From contig CAJVYJ010000001.1 in NCBI GenBank assembly GCA_913009475.1, positions 1 through 31,402 on the forward strand: a stretch of 31,402 bases of DNA. Direction: 5' to 3'. The translations under genes were made by a program, and so were the position numbers. A model generated the notes under the pieces. That model ran no database searches, was not told the origin of the DNA, and saw nothing but the letters and a program-made list of their open reading frames with translations. The first letter of the stretch is position 1, and every line of letters starts with the position of its first letter. Positions 8,783 to 15,088 of the stretch are shown here, piece by piece. Origin of the DNA: an uncultured Actinomycetes bacterium (GTDB lineage Bacteria; Actinomycetota; Aquicultoria; CAJVYJ01).

Positions 8783-8801
8783 TAAAAATTCCATATCAAA
8801 T

Positions 8802-8829
8802 GGGGTCAGATCTTCAATCTTGACAATTC
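8802..8829 (-). repeat. 28-bp inverted repeat, right copy
   Basis: GGGGTCAGATCTTCAATCTTGACAATTC is the exact reverse complement of 4756-4783 and lies 19 nt upstream of the pilA -35 box. Confidence 0.95.
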
Positions 8830-8883
8830 AGTTACGGATTATGGATAACGGAGAATTAATTAAAAATACAAAACGGAATAGCG

Positions 8884-8922
8884 CGGTTAGCCGTGGATTC
8901 CCGATCGGGGTCGGGAATGACA
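8884..8922 (+). repeat. 39-bp direct repeat copy 1 (CGTC/TGTC-type REP-like palindrome)
   Basis: CGGTTAGCCGTGGATTCCCGATCGGGGTCGGGAATGACA matches 9126-9164 at 38/39 and contains the hairpin ATTCCCGA-N6-TCGGGAAT. Confidence 0.85.
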
Positions 8923-8930
8923 ATAGTGCA

Positions 8931-8997
8931 AGGGTAGAGCGTAGAGGGTCGAGGGTAGAAAAAACGTGAGAGCGTAAGGAGTACGGGCATGAGATGT
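8931..8997 (+). repeat. Degenerate heptamer tandem repeat
   Basis: AGAGCGT-AGAGGGT-CGAGGGT followed by GAGAGCGT-AAGGAGT. A second short heptamer run (TTACGGA-TTATGGA-TAACGGA) is at 8832-8852. Confidence 0.6.
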
Positions 8998-9021
8998 GTA
9001 GGGTGGGTTTTGTCCTCGCCC
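8998..9021 (+). repeat. GTAG-tagged REP-like imperfect hairpin
   Basis: GTAGGGTGGG-TTTTGTC-CTCGCCC: a GTAG tag followed by a 7-bp stem with two G-T pairs. Confidence 0.45.
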
Positions 9022-9063
9022 GTGAAAACTGACGTTTCTTGTTATACTCAGCTCGCTTACGTT

Positions 9064-9091
9064 TGTCATTCTCAGCTTGACTGGGAATCCA
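9064..9091 (-). repeat. Diverged inverted copy of the REP-like palindrome
   Basis: TGTCATTCTCAGCTTGACTGGGAATCCA. Its reverse complement TGGATTCCCAGTCAAGCTGAGAATGACA resembles the 39-bp repeat core and forms an inverted doublet with 9136-9164. Confidence 0.7.
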
Positions 9092-9125
9092 GGTAAAGAG
9101 GTGCACTGGGAAGCATGAAAAGGCT

Positions 9126-9164
9126 CGGTTGGCCGTGGATTCCCGATCGGGGTCGGGAATGACA
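9126..9164 (+). repeat. 39-bp direct repeat copy 2
   Basis: CGGTTGGCCGTGGATTCCCGATCGGGGTCGGGAATGACA. Partial copies are at 9172-9185 and 9241-9251. Confidence 0.85.
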
Positions 9165-9190
9165 GTGGTAAGGGTCGGGAATGACGGTAC

Positions 9191-9228
9191 ACCCCCACCC
9201 CAGCCCTCCCCCGTCCAGGGGGAGGGAG
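9191..9228. repeat. BoxC-like C-rich/G-rich element containing a G-quadruplex motif on the minus strand
   Basis: ACCCCCACCCCAGCCCTCCCCCGTCCAGGGGGAGGGAG contains a 9-bp hairpin (9204-9212/9218-9226). The minus strand of 9192-9212 reads GGGGGAGGGCTGGGGTGGGGG. Confidence 0.7.
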
Positions 9229-9357
9229 AAATTTGTTAAACGGGAATGACAAGTGAAAAAAAGATTACGGATTGGGAAATTATAGGTGGATGCCGGCTCT
9301 TGGCCATAGATACATTAATATATTCGAAATTCCTATTTCCAAAAGGGGAAGAAAAAA

Positions 9358-10575
9358 TTACGATTTAATCAGGTTGATCAAGCCAAACATCGGCAAATAC
9401 AAAGAGATAATGATACCGCCGACGACGATGCCCATAAAGACTATCATTAGTGGCTCGATCAGCGAAGTCAATGACTCGACTAAATTACCGACTTCCTCAT
9501 CGTAAAAATCGGCGATCTTAATCAACATGGAATCAAGAGCGCCGGTCTCTTCACCAACCGCTATCATCTGTACGACCATCGGCGGGAAAACCGGACTTTT
9601 CTCTAAAGGCTGAGCGATAGTTTCGCCCTCTTTAATACTCAACCTGGCGCTTCTTATCGTGCCGGAGATAACTTCATTGTTGGCGGTATCGGCGACAATA
9701 TCCATCGCTTGCAATATCGGCACACCACTGGAGATCAGGGTTCCAAAAGTTCTGGTAAACCTGGCAATTGCTAGCTTGGTAAAGAGCTGCCCGAAGACGG
9801 GAAGTTTTAGTTTGAACTTATCAAGCTGCAGTCGGCCGGAATCGGAATTCTTATAAATTTTAAAAAGATAACGCGCGCCGAAAACTAAGCCGATCAATAT
9901 ATACCAGTAATTATGGATCACGTCGCTGCTAAAAACCAGTAACTTGGTAGGTAAGGGAAGATCACCACCTAATTGGGCGAACATGTTGACAAAGACTGGT
10001 ACCACGAAGGTAACCATGGCAAAGACAATCAGCATCGACATTATAAACATCGCTATCGGATAGGTCATCGCCGCTTTTATCTTACTCTTGATGGCGATAT
10101 CTTTCTCGTAATGGTCGGCGACTCTAAGCAATACGTCATCTAAAACGCCGCCGGTTTCGCCGGCCCTTACCATATTTACAAAAAGATTGGAAAATACTCG
10201 CGGATGTTTAGCCAGCGCCTCGGATAAGGTTTGCCCTGCTTCCACGTCTTTTTGTATTTTTGTGATGACCTCGGCAAACGTCGGATTTTCCACTTGTTCC
10301 GCTAGAATATGCAGCGCTTTGGTCAGAGATAGACCGGCATTGATCATAGTAGCGAACTGGCGGCTGAAAATGGTTATCTCTTTGATTTTAACCTTTTTCT
10401 TGCGGCCGATATTAAAACTAAGGTTTTGGCTGGCGGATTTAGCGCTTACGTTTAGAACCGTAAGTCCCTTCTGCCGCAGTTTGGTTACTACGGTGGTTAC
10501 GCTGTCACCTTCCAGGGTGCCGCTGGTAACTTGGCCGCTTCTATCCTTGACCTTGTAAGCAAATGTTGTCGCCAT
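9358..10575 (-). CDS. pilC: Type IV pilus platform protein PilC
   Basis: FAYKVKDRSG start, FSRQFATMINAGL, MVRAGETGG, KAAMTYP, VQMIAVGEETG and LIEP motifs (two T2SSF domains). Confidence 0.96.
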   Translation of the reverse strand: MATTFAYKVKDRSGQVTSGTLEGDSVTTVVTKLRQKGLTVLNVSAKSASQNLSFNIGRKKKVKIKEITIFSRQFATMINAGLSLTKALHILAEQVENPTFAEVITKIQKDVEAGQTLSEALAKHPRVFSNLFVNMVRAGETGGVLDDVLLRVADHYEKDIAIKSKIKAAMTYPIAMFIMSMLIVFAMVTFVVPVFVNMFAQLGGDLPLPTKLLVFSSDVIHNYWYILIGLVFGARYLFKIYKNSDSGRLQLDKFKLKLPVFGQLFTKLAIARFTRTFGTLISSGVPILQAMDIVADTANNEVISGTIRSARLSIKEGETIAQPLEKSPVFPPMVVQMIAVGEETGALDSMLIKIADFYDEEVGNLVESLTSLIEPLMIVFMGIVVGGIIISLYLPMFGLINLIKS

Positions 10576-10585
10576 ACCTCGCCTC

Positions 10586-11650
10586 CTATCCGATTCTGCC
10601 TAAAATCTGTCTGACCTCTTGAGGATTACTGGCTTGTGCTATCGCCAGATCAAACCCTATTTTTCCTTGGCGATAAAGTTCCGACAGACTTTGATCCATA
10701 GTTTGCATACCATATTTTTGACCGGTCTGTATGGCGTTGTATATCTGATGTGTTTTCGCTTCACGTATCAGATTTCTAACGCCCGGCGTCGGTATCAAAA
10801 TCTCCACCGCCGGTACTCGACTGTTGCCGTTGCGAACAGGAAGTAACTGCTGACACATTATACATTGTAAGCTGCCCGCCAACTGCATCCTGACCTGCGA
10901 TTGCTGATGAGGCGGAAAAACATCGATAATGCGGTCGATTGTCTGCGGCGCATCTTGCGTATGTAAAGTAGCCAGAACTAAATGTCCAGTTTCAGCCGCG
11001 GTCAGCGCGGTAGAGATGGTTTCCATATCACGCATCTCGCCTACAAGTATTACATCCGGGTCTTGACGCAAAACATACTTCAACGCGTTGGAGAAGGAGT
11101 TGGTGTCATTGCCTATCTCCCGCTGATTAATGATGGATTTTTTATGCTTATGAAGATATTCGATCGGATCCTCGACGGTTATAATATGAACCGAACGATT
11201 GGTGTTGATATAATCGATAATAGCTGCCAGAGTAGTTGATTTACCACTACCGGTCGGTCCGGTTATCAAAACAAAGCCTCTGGGTTTTTTGGCGACCTTT
11301 TCTAGTATACGCGGCATACCCAATTCCTCAAGCGTACGAATCCTAATTGGTATCAGCCTAAAAGCCGCGGCTAAACTGTTCCTTTGAAAGTAAATATTGA
11401 CCCTAAAGCGGGAATGGCCGGGTACAGAATAAGACATGTCAAATTCTTTCTTACGTTCGACTTGCTCACGCTGTTCTTGAGTTAAAATACTATAGATGAT
11501 TTCTTGAGTATCGGTGGCCGTCAATTTAGGATAACTTAATCTACTAAGCGCTCCATTAATTCTGACGACAGGTGGGACGCCCACCGTTATGTGAAGGTCT
11601 GAGGCGCCCTTTTCCAATACTTCTATCAGTAGATCGTTGATATAAATCAT
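10586..11650 (-). CDS. pilT: Type IV pilus retraction ATPase PilT
   Basis: ASDLH, Walker A GPTGSGKST, TVEDPIE, LRQDPDVILVGEMRD, ETGHLVLATLHT and a GVRNLIRE (AIRNLIRE-type) motif. Confidence 0.97.
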   Translation of the reverse strand: MIYINDLLIEVLEKGASDLHITVGVPPVVRINGALSRLSYPKLTATDTQEIIYSILTQEQREQVERKKEFDMSYSVPGHSRFRVNIYFQRNSLAAAFRLIPIRIRTLEELGMPRILEKVAKKPRGFVLITGPTGSGKSTTLAAIIDYINTNRSVHIITVEDPIEYLHKHKKSIINQREIGNDTNSFSNALKYVLRQDPDVILVGEMRDMETISTALTAAETGHLVLATLHTQDAPQTIDRIIDVFPPHQQSQVRMQLAGSLQCIMCQQLLPVRNGNSRVPAVEILIPTPGVRNLIREAKTHQIYNAIQTGQKYGMQTMDQSLSELYRQGKIGFDLAIAQASNPQEVRQILGRIG

Positions 11651-11710
11651 GTATCTTCCCTTTCGCTTACAAACTACGCTGGCTATAGTCGAATTTTCAC
11701 ATACTCTTTA

Positions 11711-11738
11711 TTATCGGCTAGTTTATTGCGTAACTATA
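11711..11738 (-). promoter_or_regulatory. Putative sigma28/WhiG-type promoter for pilT-pilC
   Basis: Minus strand reads TATAGTTA-N12-GCCGATAA, with a perfect -10. The -35 overlaps the pilB2 stop codon. Confidence 0.68.
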
Positions 11739-13392
11739 CAACTACTCTCATTATCTCTTCTATCGAAGTTAAGCCCATTTTTATTTTCTCGAACCCGTCA
11801 TCTTTCAAAGTCCTTAGGCCCTCCTCTATTGCTACTTTCCTGATATCATCAGCGCTGGCTCGATCGACGGTCAACTGCTCGATTTTTTCGCTCATCGGCA
11901 TAATCTCATATAACCCGACTCGGCCTTTATAACCGGTATTATTACATTTGCCACAGCCAACCGGGCGATATAAAATAGGCAGCTCTTCCCCGCTGATTGG
12001 AAAGCCGGAGTTTTTTAGGGCCGACGCCGGTGGTTGGTATTCTTCTTTGCACTCCGGGCATAAACGCCGGGCCAACCTTTGCGCTTGAACGCAAGCTACG
12101 GCTGAAGAAATTAAAAATGGAGCTATGCCCATCTCCGTCAACCGGCTGATGGCACTGGGAGCGTCATTGGTATGGAGGGTACTTAAAACCAGATGCCCGG
12201 TAAGCGCGGCTTCAATGGCTATCTGCGCCGTCTCTTTGTCCCTGATTTCACCGATCATAATAATATCGGGTGAAGCCCGCAAAATCGCCCGTAAACCGCG
12301 GGCGAAGGTCAGCCCGGCCTTAGTATTTATTTGCACTTGATTAATACCGGGCAGACGATATTCGACTGGGTCCTCAACGGTAATAATATTCTTTCGCTCA
12401 TCGTTTATCGTATTAAGAGTAGCGTAAAGAGTAGTTGATTTACCACTGCCGGTCGGGCCGGTTACTAAAATAGCTCCATAAGGGCTCGTATATGCTTTTT
12501 TAAAACGCTCTAAGCTCTTGGGCATAAAACCCAGATCATTTAAGTTCAGCATAATACTGTCTTTTTCTAAAACTCTTAAGACGACGCGTTCCCCATAGAC
12601 AGTCGGAAGTGTCGCCACGCGAAAGTCAACGCCGCGACCGCGAATAGTCAAGGCGCAACGCCCATCTTGGGGCTTTCTTGTTTCCGCGATATCCATGCCC
12701 GCCATGATTTTTAAACGTGATATTATCGCTGATTGCACATGTTTGGGTGAGCGCATTATCTCCTGTAAAACACCGTCGATACGATAACGTATCCGCAAAT
12801 CTTTCTCCATCGGTTCTACGTGTATGTCGCTGGCTCGACTTTCCACGCCTTGAGAAATAATAACGTTTACTAATTTAACTATCGGCGCTTCTTCGGTAAA
12901 GCTTGTAAGCTCACTTAAATCTTCTTCAGGATTAAGATCTTCATCGGATAATGTTTCCGCCATCTGATGATAGCGGCCTATGTTGGCTTCAATATCTTCT
13001 TTGGTGGCAATAACCGGTATAATCTCATAACCGGTTATCATTTTAAGGTCATCACCAGCGACAAGATTATCCGGTGAGACCATTGCGACTACCAACTTGT
13101 TGCCGTCAAAATCTAAAGGTAAAACCAGATATTTTCGGCAAACTTCTTCCGGCACAACAGCGATAGCGTTAGCGTTGACTTTAGCGTCACTGATATCGAC
13201 AAAGGGAATGCCGATCTGCTCAGCCAACTTTGATATCAAGACCGAGCTATTGATGTCAGCCAGTTCGACCAGACACCGGCTAAGAGGCACTCCGGTCAGT
13301 CGGTGCACCGCTATGCAGTCAATATAATCAGGCTCCGTTATAAGTTCGGCTTTAACTAAAAACGCGCCGAATCGTTCAATAATATCGCTCAC
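11734..13392 (-). CDS. pilB: Type IV pilus extension ATPase PilB, paralogue 2
   Basis: ASDIHVEP, RKPQDGR, GPTGSGKSTT, TVEDPVE, IMIGEIRD, GHLVLSTLHTND, CPEC and CGKC Zn sites; degenerate MshEN-like N-terminus. Confidence 0.95.
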   Translation of the reverse strand: MSDIIERFGAFLVKAELITEPDYIDCIAVHRLTGVPLSRCLVELADINSSVLISKLAEQIGIPFVDISDAKVNANAIAVVPEEVCRKYLVLPLDFDGNKLVVAMVSPDNLVAGDDLKMITGYEIIPVIATKEDIEANIGRYHQMAETLSDEDLNPEEDLSELTSFTEEAPIVKLVNVIISQGVESRASDIHVEPMEKDLRIRYRIDGVLQEIMRSPKHVQSAIISRLKIMAGMDIAETRKPQDGRCALTIRGRGVDFRVATLPTVYGERVVLRVLEKDSIMLNLNDLGFMPKSLERFKKAYTSPYGAILVTGPTGSGKSTTLYATLNTINDERKNIITVEDPVEYRLPGINQVQINTKAGLTFARGLRAILRASPDIIMIGEIRDKETAQIAIEAALTGHLVLSTLHTNDAPSAISRLTEMGIAPFLISSAVACVQAQRLARRLCPECKEEYQPPASALKNSGFPISGEELPILYRPVGCGKCNNTGYKGRVGLYEIMPMSEKIEQLTVDRASADDIRKVAIEEGLRTLKDDGFEKIKMGLTSIEEIMRVVV

Positions 13393-13423
13393 AGTTGACG
13401 TCTCTCCTTAAATCATAAATATA

Positions 13424-13948
13424 TTAAGCGCTCTTGATTAGATTGTTATCTTTTTCGTCTTTATTGCTTAAAAGTACTGATAATATTCCCTGTTTGGCTG
13501 CATCTTTATTACGTACGCTAATATTAATTTGCGGACATCCGGCGACCAATTTTAATTTCTGCTGTAATTTCTTTAATTCGCCGGCCTTTTTTATATCATT
13601 AAATACGACCAAATAGGGTAAGCCCAAGGAAGCTAATTTATCAATCAATGTTTTGGCTTTCTCGATTTTATTTTTGGAATCATTGGAATTGACGATTATA
13701 ATTAGACCCGCTAAATCCTTGGCCGCTCGCTGCCAAATAACTTTATAACTATCCGCCAGCGGCGTTCCAATCAGAAATAAATACTGATTCCTGTCAATCT
13801 TAATGTGTCCCAATTCCATTTCTTGATAAGGAAAATCCGCCGAAAACTTTTTTTTCAGCTTGATTACTCTGCTCTCACCGGCACTCTCTATAAAAGTCGA
13901 CACTAAGGTAGTGTCGACACCGGTTATGATAATATTTATAAATTCCAT
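13424..13948 (-). CDS. MglA/CvnD-like small GTPase fold with a degenerate P-loop (putative pseudo-GTPase)
   Basis: The layout IIITG...STF / ELGHIKI / LFLIGTP / GLIIIVN / LPYLVVFN parallels MglA and ATP_bind_1 proteins, but GxxxxGK(T/S) reads GVDTTLVS and GTPGQ reads GTPLA. Confidence 0.6.
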   Translation of the reverse strand: MEFINIIITGVDTTLVSTFIESAGESRVIKLKKKFSADFPYQEMELGHIKIDRNQYLFLIGTPLADSYKVIWQRAAKDLAGLIIIVNSNDSKNKIEKAKTLIDKLASLGLPYLVVFNDIKKAGELKKLQQKLKLVAGCPQINISVRNKDAAKQGILSVLLSNKDEKDNNLIKSA

Positions 13949-13989
13949 GAAACTTTTCTTTCTGTGAATACATTACATTTATAATTAGT

Positions 13990-15054
13990 TCAGGCGTTAA
14001 GCTCTTCTTTTAATTTGGTAATTGCCTTATTTAAGGAATCGGCTTTTAAGGAATTATCAGTGATTATCTTTTCCAACTTAAATTTCTTCGCACCTACTTT
14101 GTCGGTAAGAACATCATCATTTGTTAACGCCGACAGCTCGTCTATGAAGTCTCTTCTATAGATGGACAATTCATTGGCTACCATATTATCCAAGCCCTCA
14201 ATGTCCAACTGCGTTAATATCTCTTTTTGTTTATTTTTATCAAGAGCCGAGGATGGAGCGGACTCGGCGGCAGGCTCTTTTTTCAAATTCGAGACGGTTT
14301 TGGACATCTTTGGTTCCGCCTTGATTTTATGCTTTTCTTTTACATGCGATAGTTTTAAAAGACCTGAAACTACTAGGTCAGACAGCAGAGAGCTGGTAAC
14401 AAACTCACTTTTTTTACTTTTTAGCGCCAACTCCGTTACACTACGTTTACCGTCGATAAAACGGAGTAACTTCCAATGCTCTTGGTTTAAAGAGGAGTCT
14501 TGATAATTAGCGGCCTTACCACTGACGGCAAAGACAGCGCTAACTGATGGTACTTGTTTTTGAACTCGACTCCATTCACCGCGCCGTTGGTTACTCTCCA
14601 ACAAGACCTTTTTAGCATTTACCAGTAAACCGATGTCTTCAATGGCCGGTAAATTCGGCAAGAATTGAAAATCACCTTCCTCCCAAGGAAGTAGGTCAAA
14701 AACTGTTGATTGTATCTGCTCACGCACAATTTTCTTCAATATCTCCGGTGAGATCAAACCTTCAGCTACTAATATTTGGCCGATTTTTCTTCGTTTCTTA
14801 TCTTTTTTCTGAAGTTCTAAAGCTTGAATTAGATTTTCTTCAGTTATATATCCACCTTCTATCAAGCGTTCGCCAATGGGAACACGATTAAAATTGGATA
14901 CGGCCCCGAATATTTTGCCGTTACGAAAGTAGACAAAAGCCTCAGCCTCACCTTGAGACCGAACGATATGAAGCGTACCGGTTTTTTTACCGGTATGTAT
15001 AAGCTGAAAAATATGTTCCAGGCTAAAGTCGCTAAGGTTGCCGCCAAGCGCCAA
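13990..15054 (-). CDS. DUF4388 (PATAN-like) protein with an internal MshEN-like tandem motif
   Basis: LGGNLSDFSLEHIFQLIHTGKKTGTLHI N-terminus, W-x-EG-x-F-x-F and a winged-helix-like IDGKRSV segment. Residues about 57-113 are MshEN-like. TTG start with an AGGAG RBS. Confidence 0.8.
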   Translation of the reverse strand: MALGGNLSDFSLEHIFQLIHTGKKTGTLHIVRSQGEAEAFVYFRNGKIFGAVSNFNRVPIGERLIEGGYITEENLIQALELQKKDKKRRKIGQILVAEGLISPEILKKIVREQIQSTVFDLLPWEEGDFQFLPNLPAIEDIGLLVNAKKVLLESNQRRGEWSRVQKQVPSVSAVFAVSGKAANYQDSSLNQEHWKLLRFIDGKRSVTELALKSKKSEFVTSSLLSDLVVSGLLKLSHVKEKHKIKAEPKMSKTVSNLKKEPAAESAPSSALDKNKQKEILTQLDIEGLDNMVANELSIYRRDFIDELSALTNDDVLTDKVGAKKFKLEKIITDNSLKADSLNKAITKLKEELNA

Positions 15055-15088
15055 TTTATGCTCCTAATTAATATTATATTTTACGTTT

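Noticed and set aside
8711-8794. Longer 141-aa pilin N-terminus from the ORF track
   Set aside because: The extension overlaps the promoter and RBS; the strong RBS and short class III leader point to ATG 8710.
4756-8829. Autonomous composite transposon or IS
   Set aside because: No transposase or recombinase ORF lies inside or beside the inverted repeats, and no flanking duplication was seen. It is kept only as a possible non-autonomous or invertible unit.
8884-9251. CRISPR array built from the 39-bp palindromic repeats
   Set aside because: There are only two full copies 242 bp apart, plus partial and inverted copies, with irregular spacers and no cas genes.
8828-9252. ORFs 8828..9106 and 8887..9252 as genes
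   Set aside because: They are translations of the repeat mosaic (the PTPIGNP peptide recurs from the 39-bp repeat) and have no RBS or domain signal.
8832-9273. TTACGGATT at 8832-8840 and 9265-9273 as a 9-bp target-site duplication
   Set aside because: The left copy is part of a heptamer run (TTACGGA-TTATGGA-TAACGGA) and no terminal inverted repeats lie just inside the pair, so shared repeat vocabulary explains it better.
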